A stretch of 20,515 nt of DNA from Octopus sinensis (taxonomy: Eukaryota). Of the stretch, positions 9,264-19,859 are shown piece after piece. Within the stretch, counting starts at the first letter, position 1. The number at the start of each line of letters is the position of its first letter. Where the stretch lies: positions 1 to 20,515 of the forward strand of contig NW_021823938.1 of the NCBI RefSeq assembly GCF_006345805.1, given 5' to 3'. The position numbers were made by a program, and so were the translations under genes. The notes under the pieces were generated by a model, which did no database searches, was not told the DNA's origin, and was given only the letters and a program-made list of their open reading frames with translations.

Positions 9264-9304
9264 GCACACACACACACACACACACATATATAATATTATA
9301 TAAT

Positions 9305-9380
<76 letters not shown>

Positions 9381-9468
9381 GTATGTACCACCCAGATATA
9401 TATACATATAGAGAGACATACACATATATATACATACATACATAATATACATATATATATATATACAT

Positions 9469-9499
<31 letters not shown>

Positions 9500-9523
9500 T
9501 ATGTGTATACATATGTATATATG

Positions 9524-9554
<31 letters not shown>

Positions 9555-9774
9555 GTAAATGTGTATACATATGTATATATGTGTATGTATATATATATAT
9601 ATTTATATACATATATATATATAGGTAGGCAAACACACACAGAAACACACACACATAGATGCATGTATGTATATATATCACATATCACATATCTTGACAT
9701 AGACACCACACAGGGATACATATATATACAGACACACACATGCGTATATACATATATAAATGCACCACGCCATA

Positions 9775-9821
<47 letters not shown>

Positions 9822-9915
9822 TATATACTTGGAATGGAGAAAAAGGGACTTTATATATATGTATATATGTATATATATATATCCCTAAATGTTTATATAA
9901 ATATACATATATATA
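9264..9915. repeat. (TA)n/(CA)n/(TATG)n-rich tract
   Basis: Direct reading; source of the YI/YT-repeat ORFs. Confidence 0.95.
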
Positions 9916-10074
9916 CTCACTCATGCACCTACTGTAATCAACTCGGTAGTAGTAGTAGTAGTAGTAGCGAAAAAAACATGTTTTAGAGCACACTGGAAAT
10001 GTGAATGAAGATAAGAGGTCGTGTGTACGCGTCCTCCTCCTCCAACACCGCACTTCCAGTATCACCTGTGCCAC

Positions 10075-10346
10075 AATTATCACCACCACCACCACCATCA
10101 CTATCATCACTACCACCACCATGTCTACAAATTCTCTACCACCGTCGCCACCATACCACCGCCGCAATCCCTATTATATGATACAAACTACCATAACCTA
10201 CATAAGTCTTCCCACCACCGTTTGCAGAAACCTGACCGTCATCACCCACTCTGCTACTCTTACATAACACTCTCCGCTATTATCAGTACCAGCAGCACCC
10301 AAAACCGCCCCCGACGTCACCAGCATCGCCCTCCTTCATCATCATG

Positions 10347-10377
<31 letters not shown>

Positions 10378-10700
10378 CCAACAACAACACTACCACCACT
10401 ACTACTATATCCTTCTCATCGTCGTCATCATCAGTGCTACTACTGCTGCTGCAACAACTATTGTATATATACTACTATATCTTCCTCATCACCGCATCAC
10501 CATCACCACCACCACTACTACTACTATTACTACTACAAACATTACTACTACTACTACTACTACTACTATTACTACTGCAGCTACTCCTTCATCGTCACCA
10601 CCTCTCAATCGTCATCATCACCACTACTAGTAGACTAGCACTGCAGCTGCTGCTGCTGCTGATACTACTACTACTACTACTACTACTACTACATAGCTTC
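10075..10700. repeat. Degenerate trinucleotide tract (CAC, CAT, TAC, CTG)
   Basis: Direct reading. Confidence 0.9.
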
Positions 10701-10897
10701 ATAAACATTACCACTACCTCTATCATCAACGAAGCAATCACCGTTAGGACACTTAGCAATCACACAGTTCGAACCAGCGAGTGAAAGAACCCCCTAAGTG
10801 GTCAGTGAACAGACGAGAAATAGCAGGCAAATCTCCCTTAAGTTATACCCTGCCGCTTTAATTAAAGAGTAGACACTTCGGATAGTGCAGTCGTGAA

Positions 10898-11132
10898 TCT
10901 TTTATCCGTTGACTTTTACTTGCTTCAGTCATTGGACTGCGGCCATGCTGGGGCACTGCCTTGAAGAATTTTAGTTGAGCAAATCGAATATGGTACGCAT
11001 TTCTCTTACTAAATCTGGTACTTGTTCTACCTTCCCCCATTTTGCCAAACCGTTAAATTACGGGGATGTTAACAAACCAACACCGGTTGTCAAACTATGG
11101 TGGGGAACAAATACAGATAGCAAAACACACAC
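10898..11132 (-). mobile_element. Diverged 3' half of an 18126-family SINE
   Basis: Colinear with 6180-6385. Confidence 0.85.
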
Positions 11133-11381
11133 ATTTTACGAAGGTAACGACAAGACGCGACTTCGTTGAAACAGTCCTTCCCTCAAAGCAAATTAAATAA
11201 AATTTGGGACTTTTTGCGGAGGAGTAAAAGTTGTAACAAGAACAGGACAGTGAGAACAAAACAAATAAAAACAGTAAAAAGCAGGACAAGGAGAATAACA
11301 CAGTAGACCTTCTCATAAGCTGTCTCCTCAATGCGTTCAAAATAATTTTTCCATCGTCTTGACTTAACAGCCCTCATCGGA

Positions 11382-11788
11382 GGCTAAGCATAGAGGGGAC
11401 AAACAAGAACAGACAAAGGAATTAAGTCGATTACATTGACCTCAGTGCGAACTGGTACTTATTTAATCGACACCGAAAGGATGAAAGGCAAAGTCGACCT
11501 CGGTGGAATTTGAACACAGAACGTAACGGCAGACGAAATACTGCTAAGCATTTCGCCCGGCGTGTTAACGTTAAGAGGCTAAACACAGAGAGGACAAACA
11601 AGGACAGACAAACGGATTAAGTCGATTATATCGACTCCAGTGCGTAATTGGTACTTATTTAATCGAACCCGAAAGGATGAAAGGCAAAGTCGACCTCGGC
11701 GGAATTTGAACTCAGAACGTAACGGCAGACGAAATACTGCTAAGCATTTCGCCCGGCGTCGTGTCAACGTTTCAGCCAGCTCGCCGTC
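11382..11788 (-). mobile_element. Two tandem copies of the 17352-family SINE (11382-11572, 11577-11788)
   Basis: Each is the reverse complement of most of 17352-17560. Confidence 0.9.
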
Positions 11789-12318
11789 TTCTCTAAGTGA
11801 CCTCAGCTGAAATGTGGTCAACCCCGACAAACAAGGAACCTTTATCTCCCATTAGCTTTGTCAAGTCCTCAATTTCATGTTGTGTGCCTCTGCTAATAAC
11901 ATCGACATAGTTGATTGCTCTTCGTCCTTTTTTTTAGGGTGCAGAAGTCCCCAAAATATAACATTTGATACGTACGATGGCAGTGGTCAGCAAAGCTTAG
12001 CCTAGTGGATAACGTTGTGTGTGTATGTGTGTCTGTGTGTATGTGTGTCAGTGTGTCTGTGTGTCTGTGTGCTTGCGTGTGCATGTACACACACACACAC
12101 GCACGCACACACACACATACATATATACATACATACAACACACTGAGCTAAGATTAGAACACAAGAGTGTAAAAAGAGAAAAGAAAAACGACCACCTCCT
12201 TTGATTATTCTCCTCCCACTACCACTAGCACTACCACCACCACTATGGCTACTGCTGTTGTAACCACTGCCTCTCCCCCCCCTCTACTCCCACTACAGCT
12301 ACCATCTTAACACGAAAT

Positions 12319-12459
12319 AGGTTACGCGGTATTGGGGTCAGAGGTTAGATATGTGTCAGAGGTCAACCGGGTCATGTTTCCAAACGACTCAGCTGGTGAC
12401 ATCAGTGATTGAAGGGGACACACTGTCGGTAGAACTGCACCAGGAATCCGCGATATAAA
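12319..12459 (+). promoter_or_regulatory. Candidate enhancer/promoter: nuclear-receptor half-site cluster, AP1/CRE-like sites, TATA
   Basis: GGGTCA-G-AGGTTA (12335-12347), GTGTCA-G-AGGTCA (12353-12365), AGGTCA-ACC-GGGTCA (12360-12374), TGACATCA (12397-12404), TATAAA (12454-12459). Confidence 0.35.
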
Positions 12460-12596
12460 CAGGCAGGCTGGCTGGCTGGCTGGTTGGTCGGTTGGTTGGT
12501 CGGTTGGTTGGTTTGTCGCAATGGCTGTTGGTAGACGAAGGGGTTATTGGTGACGATGACGAGTGGTGAGGGTCGGAGGGTTCCATTGCGTATTGG

Positions 12597-12627
12597 TGTG
12601 TATGCGTGTACGTATGTGTATGTGTTA

Positions 12628-12660
<33 letters not shown>

Positions 12661-12952
12661 GGTGTGTGTTAATGTGTGTGTGTGTGTGTGTGTGTGAGTG
12701 CGTGTGTGTGTGTGTGTGTGTGTGGTGTGTATGTGTGTGTGTGTGTGTGTGTGTGCGTGCGTGTGTGTGTGAGTGCGTGTGTTTGTGTATGTGTGTGTGT
12801 GGATGTGTGTGTGTGTGTGTGTATGTGTGTGTATGTATGTGTGTGTGTATGTGTGTGTTGTGTGTGTGTGTGAGTGGCGTGTGTGTGTGGTGTGTGTGTG
12901 TGTGTGTGAGTGCGGTGTGTGTGTGAGTGCGTGTATGTGTGTGTGTGTGTGA

Positions 12953-13028
<76 letters not shown>

Positions 13029-13062
13029 TGTGTGTGTATGTGTGTATGTGTGTGTGTGTGTG
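12597..13062. repeat. ~465-bp imperfect (TG)n
   Basis: Direct reading. Confidence 0.97.
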
Positions 13063-13132
13063 CTTATATAAGAGTCTGAGAGTAAATGTATAGATATGTG
13101 TGCATCGGTGTTTGCAACTGTATGTGTATACA

Positions 13133-13250
13133 GGCGCAGGAGTGGCTGTGTGGTAAGTGACTTGCTTACCAACCACATGGTTCTGGGTTCCGTCCCACTG
13201 CGTGGCACCTTGGGCAAGTGTCTTCTACTATAGCCTCGGGCCGACCAAAG
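13133..13250 (+). mobile_element. 5' head of an 18126-family SINE, truncated
   Basis: Near identical to 18126-18257. Confidence 0.9.
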
Positions 13251-13251
13251 A

Positions 13252-13619
13252 GGGCCAGTCGATTAGCTCGACTCCAGTACGCAACTAGTACTTAATTTAT
13301 CGACCCCCTCCCCCGAAAGGATGAAAACCAAAGTCGACCTCGGCGGAATTTGAACTCAGAATGTAGCAGCATACGAAATACCTATTTCTATTTCTTTACT
13401 ACCCACAAGGGGCTAAAGAAAGAGGGGACAAACAAGGACAGACAAGCGGACTAATTCGATTACATCAACCCCAGTGTGTAACTGGTACTTAATTTATCGA
13501 CCTCGAAAGGATGAAAGGCAAAGTCGACCTCGGCGGAATTTGAACTCAGAACGTAGCGGCAGACGAAATACGGCTATGCATTTCGTCCGGCGTGCTAACG
13601 TTTCTGCCAGATCGCCACC
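13252..13619 (-). mobile_element. 17352-family SINEs: partial 13252-13388 and full-length 13389-13619
   Basis: Reverse-complement match to 17352-17584. Confidence 0.9.
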
Positions 13620-13819
13620 TTTTTTGCAAAATAAATTACCACTAAAATAATGTTTTAATTCCTCCACTTACCTGTATAACTTTATGTTATTACCGGTAAT
13701 TATAAGCAATTTATTGCATCCACATTCGATATAAACATGCCGTGTGCGTTTATTTACCAACAGGTGGCAGCACACGTTTTGTAAACATACAGACTGTTTT
13801 GAGCGAGTTTTGAACCCAC

Positions 13820-13908
13820 ATTGAGTACATTGGACGCAGGGGATCTTTTTAAGCCATTTTGGGGTAAACATAAAAAGAAAGGTGCGTCTCATAGGCCATC
13901 AAATACGG
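13820..13908 (-). mobile_element. Terminus of a Tc2/pogo-type DNA transposon (CCGTA-type TIR)
   Basis: Minus strand TA|CCGTATTTGATGGCCTATGAGACGCACC; TA target; partner TIR not found. Confidence 0.55.
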
Positions 13909-14008
13909 TAATAAAAATATACAGTACAGTACTGTTTCTACTTCGCGGATTTTCACCTATCGCGGTGCGGTTTGGTACGTAACACCCGCGATAGTCGACG
14001 GATTACTG
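13909..14008 (-). mobile_element. Terminus of a Tigger/pogo-like DNA transposon
   Basis: Minus strand TA|CAGTAATCCGTCGACTATCGCGGGTGTTACG...CCGCGATAGGTGAAAATCCGCGAAG; CAGT end, TA target, repeated subterminal CGCGA motifs. Confidence 0.65.
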
Positions 14009-14043
14009 TAGTAAAAAAAAAATGGAAAACTACAATAAACTCG

Positions 14044-14645
14044 TTATTTACATTATTTACATTCAACGAATATTTGTCCTCATCTTGTTTGTTGTTAACA
14101 CAGCGTTTCAGCTGATATATCCTCCAACCTTGGGGAAATTTCGAACCTGGGTTCTCATTCCTAAGGTATTTTTCGATGTTCTGGCAGAAACGTTAGCGCG
14201 CCAGGCGAAATGCTTAGCGGTATTTCGTCTCTCGTTACGTTCTGAGTTCAAATTCTGCCGAGGTCGAATTCGCCTTTCATCCTTTCGGGGTCGATAAATA
14301 AAGTACCAGTTTCGCACTAGGGTCGATGTAATCGACTTAATCCCTTTGGCTGTCCTTGTTTGTCCCCTCTATGTTTAGCCCCTTGTGGGCAGTAAAGAAA
14401 CCATTATTATTATTATCATTATTATTAGTGTTCAGGTCGCTGCTTGGAACGGAACTCGGAAACTTGGGGTTAGTAGCCCGTGCTCTTAACCACTACGCCA
14501 TATGCTCACGGGCATATGACGTAGTGGGCTACTAACCCTAAGATTCCGAGTTCGATTCCAAGCAGTGACCTGAACAACAACATCAACAACAACAATAATA
14601 ATAATATTAATAATAATAATAATAATAATAATAATGATGATGATG

Positions 14646-14684
<39 letters not shown>

Positions 14685-14742
14685 TAATAATAATAATAAT
14701 AACATCGAAAAATACCTTAGGAATGAGAACCCAGGTTCGAAA
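14044..14742. mobile_element. Head-to-head palindromic pair of a tRNA-head/(AAT)n/hammerhead-like-tail element
   Basis: Axis at 14508-14509; heads 14431-14499 (minus) and 14518-14574 (plus); 14139-14180 is the exact reverse complement of 14701-14742. Confidence 0.75.
14181..14400 (+). mobile_element. 17352-family SINE nested in the left arm of the palindromic element
   Basis: Colinear with 17361-17580. Confidence 0.92.
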
Positions 14743-14759
14743 GTGGTTAATATAGAACT

Positions 14760-15496
14760 GGGATCTTTTCTTTTTGATGGACGGAATTTTCTAGTTAACT
14801 AAACAATTTGAAACTTCGTATACTGGTAGAATGTGTCAAAAGAAAACATTATTGTAAACAAAATTGAAAACAAAATTGTAATTCGTAACTTTAACGTAGT
14901 TTAATTCTTCGAATTTTAACCAATGAAATCCTAGCATTGGAGCTCAAACCATTTTCTGCGTCTAAAAACTCACACACACACACGTCTTATTCATCCTTTC
15001 TCTCTTCTGTCTTCTGTCTTCTACATGTGCTAGAAATAACAGCTATATCTCTTAAATCGATGAATTTTGTCGCCCAATAAAAATATTAACGATATTTTTT
15101 GAATATTTTCTTTATTTTTTTTACCGAAAAGGCTTCTCCCATGGTTTTGAAGGGCCAGAAGTAAAAATTTGCGAAATATTTTTTCATAAAAGGATGCCCC
15201 AGCTTGTCGGAAGCTGTGATATAAATTTGGAAAAAAATCCTCGACACCAGTGCGTAATTGGTACTTAATTTATCGACCCCGAAACGATGAAACATTGACC
15301 CCCACCCCTTCTGGTTTATTTACCTTTTGTGCAAATTTGTTGCGGCAATGGGCAAAACACGGACGTGTATATATGCTTGTGTGCGTATGTGTGTGTATGT
15401 ATATTTCCGTTTGTATGTGTGTGTACGTTTATATATTAATTACTATGTGCTTGTGCAAATGTATATGCATGTGTTTGAGAGAGAGAGAGAGAGAGT

Positions 15497-15566
<70 letters not shown>

Positions 15567-15573
15567 GAGTGAC

Positions 15574-15610
<37 letters not shown>

Positions 15611-15614
15611 GAGT

Positions 15615-15655
<41 letters not shown>

Positions 15656-15945
15656 TGTGGTGTGTGTGTGTGTGTGTCGTGCGTCTGCTATGATTGTTTA
15701 TCAATATCGATTACGCAGCAAATGATTTGAGCTCAAATGCTCGGATTTCATTGGTTAAAATTCGAAGATGCTGCGATTTCATTGGTTAGAATTCGAAGAA
15801 ATAAACTACGTTAAAGTTACGAATTACAATTTTGTTTTCAATTTTGTTTACAATAATGTTTTCTTTTGACACATTCTACCAGTATACGAAGTTTCAAATT
15901 GTTTAGTTAACTAGAAAATTCCGTCCATCAAAAAGAAAAGATCCC
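14760..15945. mobile_element. 1186-bp non-autonomous foldback DNA transposon with ~200-bp TIRs and AGAACT duplication
   Basis: 14760-14961 versus 15713-15945 inverted; outer 144 bp identical by eye; AGAACT at 14754-14759 and 15946-15951. Confidence 0.92.
15476..15677. repeat. (GA)n/(GACA)n/(TG)n
   Basis: Direct reading. Confidence 0.95.
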
Positions 15946-16415
15946 AGAACTGTACAATAAACTCGAACCCGCGAGCTCATACTCGCCATACGGACCTGTT
16001 CCCCGGTGGGACCCCATACCAGCGTTGTCCAGATCGTCAGCCAATTACTAATAAAGACTTTAGTAAGGACAGATTAGTCATCATAACCTTGTTATTAATG
16101 GTTATCTCCTTTACATATTGACATTACGGCTTTTTTTCTTCCCCTTTTTTGTGTTTTTATTTTATTTTAAATATAGAACGTTGTTGAAACTCCTAAGGTG
16201 ACGAGACTATTTCAGAGTTTTATTACCGACTCCCCCTCCCCGTCCACCACCCCCACCACCCTTGCCTTCAAGTGTTTTTTTTGTTTTGTTTTGTGTGTTT
16301 TTTTATTTGATTATTCGTTTGTTTATTCATTTATTGTACTCCGTGTTTTTTTTTTTTTTTTGCTGTCGCTAGTTTGTAATTATTTTTGTCATTGCTTGCT
16401 TTGTTTTTTTTTCGA

Positions 16416-16678
16416 GTAGTAGTAGTAGTAGTAGTGGTGGTGGTGGTGGTTGTGGTGATGGTGGTGGTGGTGGTGGTAGTGTAGTAGTAGTAGCAGTAGT
16501 AGTGGTGGTGGTGGTGGTGATGGTGTGGCAGTAGTAGTAAGTAGTAGCAGTAGTAGTAGTAGTAGTAGTAGTGTGGTGGTGGTGGTGTGGTGATGGTGGG
16601 TAGGTAGGTAGTAGTAGTAGTAGTATAGTAGTAGTGGTGGTGGTGGTGTGATGGGGTGGTGGTAGTAGTAGTAGTAGC

Positions 16679-16717
<39 letters not shown>

Positions 16718-16804
16718 GGTGGTAGTAGTAGTAGTAGTTGTAGTAGTTGTAGTAGTGGTGGTGGTGGTGGTGGTGATGGTGGTGGCAGTAGTAGTAGTAG
16801 TAGC

Positions 16805-16837
<33 letters not shown>

Positions 16838-16955
16838 GGTGGTGGTAGTAGTAGTAGTAGTTGTAGTAGTTGTAGTAGTGGTGGTGGTAGTGTATGTGGT
16901 GGTAGTAGTAGTGGTAGTTGGTGTAGTAGTAGTAGTAGCAGCAGCAGCAGCAGTA
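16416..16955. repeat. (TAG)n/(TGG)n compound trinucleotide repeat
   Basis: Direct reading; source of the poly-L/P/H/Y/V ORFs. Confidence 0.97.
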
Positions 16956-17180
16956 GCCGGTCAAGAATTTGAACCTGGAGATCTCCATTTCCAGCGACTT
17001 TGAGGCCACTCCCATTGGTGTCGGGCGTCAACGAAGAGCCCTCGACTACAACAAGACGACCAAAGTTTCTTTTTATATTCCAAGGTCTGGGGTCTCCCGC
17101 CCCTAAACCCTACACCATCACCTAATCACCCTTACCCGACTTGTTGCTTAACAACAACAACAGCAGCAATAGTAGTAGAT

Positions 17181-17336
17181 GTTCAGTAACAGCATTTCCA
17201 TTATTGTCTTCAAAACCGTAAGCACACCAGACCGCCACTTTTCGTGCAGTTCTCTCGGATCTTCAAGAGCCCAATAACGACAGTTCTGTTGAGTCATCAT
17301 GTCACTGAGATGAAAATGAGCTTCATCACTCATTAA
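17181..17336 (-). pseudogene. Tc1/mariner-superfamily transposase fragment (first catalytic Asp region), internally deleted and frameshifted
   Basis: MSDEAHFHLSDMMTQQNCRYWALEDPRELHE, then in another frame KVAVWCAYG-FEDNNGNAVT; fits the SDEAHFHLxGxVNKQNCRYW...KVxVWC...FFE motif of mariner-like DDD transposases. Confidence 0.85.
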
Positions 17337-17351
17337 CGAAATAAGGTTAAA

Positions 17352-18122
17352 GGCGGCGAGCTGGCAGAATCGTTAGCACGCCGGGTGAAATGCGTAGCCG
17401 TATTTCGTCTGCCGTTACGTTCTGAGTTCAAATTCCGCCGAGGTCGGCTTTGCCTTTCATCCTTTCGAGGTCGATTAAATAAGTACCAGTTACGCACTGG
17501 GGGCGATCTAATCGACTTAATCCGTTTGTCTGTCCTTGTTTGTCCTCTCTGTGTTTAGCCCCTTGTCGGTAGTAAAGAAATAAGTATTTCGTCTGTCTTT
17601 ATGTTCAGAGTTCAAATACTGCCGAGGTCGACCTGTGCGTACTAGGGTCGATCTAATCGACCGGCCCTCTCCCACAAAATTTCGGGCCTTGTACCTAAAG
17701 TAGAAACGAATGTTTAACTTATTATTAAGTTGATGAGCAATGCTTAGCCATATTTCGCCCGTCACTACGTTCTGAGTTCAAATTCGGCCGAGGTTGACCT
17801 TTCGGGAGTTGATAAATTAAGTAACAGTGAAACACTGGGGTCTATGTAATCGATTAATCTCCTCCCCCAAAATTTCAGGCCTTGTGCCAATAGTAGAAAG
17901 GATTATTAAGGCGGTGAGGTGGTAGAGTCATTAGCACGCCGGTTAGAACGCTCACCGGCATTTCATCCGTCTTTACGTTCCGAGTTCAAATTCGGCCGCG
18001 GTCAACTTTGTATTTTATCATTTTGGAGTGGATAAAATAAATAGCAGTTGGACACTGGGGTCCAGCTAATCGACCTCCCACTTTCCCAAAATTGCTGGCC
18101 TTGTGCCAAATTTTGAAACCAA
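17352..18122 (+). mobile_element. Head-to-tail array of four related tRNA-derived SINE units (17352-17584, ~17585-17706, ~17738-17905, ~17910-18122)
   Basis: Each has GAGTTCAAAT B box; the full unit has the central GTCG.CTTTGCCTTTCATCCTTTCG.GGTCGAT..ATAAGTACCAG domain resembling widely shared invertebrate SINE central domains. Confidence 0.9.
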
Positions 18123-18125
18123 ATA

Positions 18126-18323
18126 GGCGCAGAAGTGGTTGTGTGGTAAGTAGCTTGTGGTACGTAGCTTGTCTACCAACCACATGGTTCCGGGTTCAGT
18201 CCCACTGCGTGACACCTTGGGCAAGTGTCTTCTACTATAGCCTCGGGCCGACCAAAGCCTTGTGAGTGGATTTGGTAGACGGAAACTGAAAGAAGCCCGT
18301 TGTATATATGTATATATATATAT

Positions 18324-18354
<31 letters not shown>

Positions 18355-18605
18355 ATATAATATATATAATATGCGGTGTAGTGTGTTTGGTGTGTCTGTG
18401 ATTGTCCCCTAGCATTGCTTGACACCGATGCTGGTATGTTTATGTCCCCGTAACTTAGCTGTTCGGCAAAAGAGACCGATAGAATAAGTACTGGGCTTAC
18501 AAAAGAATAAGTCCCGGAGTCGAGTTGCTGGACTAAAGGCGGTGCTCCAGCATGGCCACAGTCAAATGACTGAAACAAGTAAAAGAGTAAAAGAATAAAA
18601 GAGTA
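18126..18605 (+). mobile_element. Full-length bipartite tRNA-derived SINE with internal (TA)n and (GTAAAAGA)n-type tail
   Basis: A-box-like TGGTTGTGTGG, B-box-like GGTTCAGTCCC, CORE-like CCTTGGGCAAGTGTCTTCT; seven other fragments in the window. Confidence 0.9.
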
Positions 18606-18816
18606 ATGTCATTGCAGAGTGTGTAACTTTATAGACGTGTGTGTTCTCAATATGAGAAGAATCTGTGATGCGCGCGTGTGTTCGGGTGTGTGTGCTTCTG
18701 TGTAAGTGCTATATAACAATGACTGGGTCACGATGTCCTTTACTGCACAAAGTATCGTGTTGTTATTCCAATCATTGTGGCTGCGGTTGTTGATTTTCTT
18801 TACAAGCTGTTGTTGT

Positions 18817-19298
18817 CTTCCTTCTTCTTCTAATCAGGACTCACGCCATTAGCCACAAAGAATAATCTCTAATCCGAGCCTACTCTAAGCTACTAAGAAT
18901 GCGTGTGGGTAACTTGAAGATCCACCCACCACACGCGATAGACTGGCGGTTGCACGGGCGCGAAAGCTACGTTGTTATCCTCATTCCGTAAACAGTGGCT
19001 TTTAACGGGTGGAGAGCTGAACCATCCTGGGGTAGAGAGAATTCGCAATCTAGACTAGAGTCTGAAACTTTTACCACACCATAGTTGGTTACACCATGGT
19101 TCTTCTGCTTTGTGGCAGAAGTAGGAAGAAAGAGCGAGAGAAAGTTGTGAAAGAGTACAGCGGGGTTCACCACTTCCCCCGCCGGAGCTTAGATGTTTTT
19201 TGCTCAATAAACACTCACAATGCCCGGTCTGGGAATCGAAACCGCGCTCTTACGACTGCGAGTCCGCTGCCCTAACCACTAGGCCATTGCACCTCCAC
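18817..19298 (-). mobile_element. tRNA(Arg)-head SINE with a long distinct body and (GAA)n tail
   Basis: Head like 6686; TSD AGCTGTT(G/A)TTGT at 18805-18816 and 19299-19310. Confidence 0.8.
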
Positions 19299-19340
19299 AG
19301 CTGTTATTGTTATTGTTGTCATTAAAACTGCTGCTGCTGC

Positions 19341-19724
19341 TTGATTGTTTGTTTGTTGAGCGAAGCGGTCTTCGTCCCAGAGTGGGAGAAGTCCGAAACG
19401 TGGTCCTTTGCTATTCGTAAGACCCGCAGAAGAGAAAACAGGTCAACCCCCCACCCCGACACCGAGGGCATCGACGGATGGATGAATGTACATCCAGGCT
19501 CAGCGGTTGCGTAGGAAGTCAGAGGACAAGAAACAGAAAGAAAGAGTGAGAGAAAGTTGGAGCGAAAGAGTACAACAGGGGTCGCCACCACCCCCTGCCG
19601 GAGCCTTGTGGAGCTTTAGGTGTTTTCGCTCAATAAACACACACAACGCCCGGTCTGGGAATCGAAACCGCGATCCTCCGACTGCGAGTCCGCTGCCCTA
19701 ACCACTGGGCCATTGTGCTTCCAC
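19341..19724 (-). mobile_element. tRNA(Arg)-head SINE with a third tail type, (CAAA)n end
   Basis: Anticodon-like GACTCGCAGTC; TSD CTGCTGCTGCTGC at 19328-19340 and 19725-19737 (low complexity). Confidence 0.85.
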
Positions 19725-19859
19725 CTGCTGCTGCTGCCACTGCTCTGGTTCTTGTTGTCATCCGTTCATATCTTGCTGTTCTTACAGCTGTTTTATAATC
19801 ATTGGTTGACATCATCATTGTTTGTCAGTATTTTGGAAAATGGCGTTATTGTTCTTGTG

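Noticed and set aside
9135-10784. Overlapping YI-, T- and L-rich ORFs
   Set aside because: Microsatellite translations.
11382-11788. Repeated units as a CRISPR-like array
   Set aside because: Eukaryotic SINE tandem; no short repeat-spacer structure or cas genes.
12606-13217. CV/HT-repeat ORFs
   Set aside because: (TG)n tract plus SINE head.
15960-16045. Minus-strand CTGACGA and GGTTCGAG motifs
   Set aside because: No helix II/GAAA and no A box or cloverleaf.
16369-17031. Longest ORFs (220, 208 and 115 aa) of poly-L/P/H/Y/V
   Set aside because: Translations of the TAG/TGG repeat; no domain.
16957-17124. Open frame PVKNLNLEISISSDFEATPIGVGRQRRALDY
   Set aside because: No polypyrimidine acceptor or start codon; no recognisable family.
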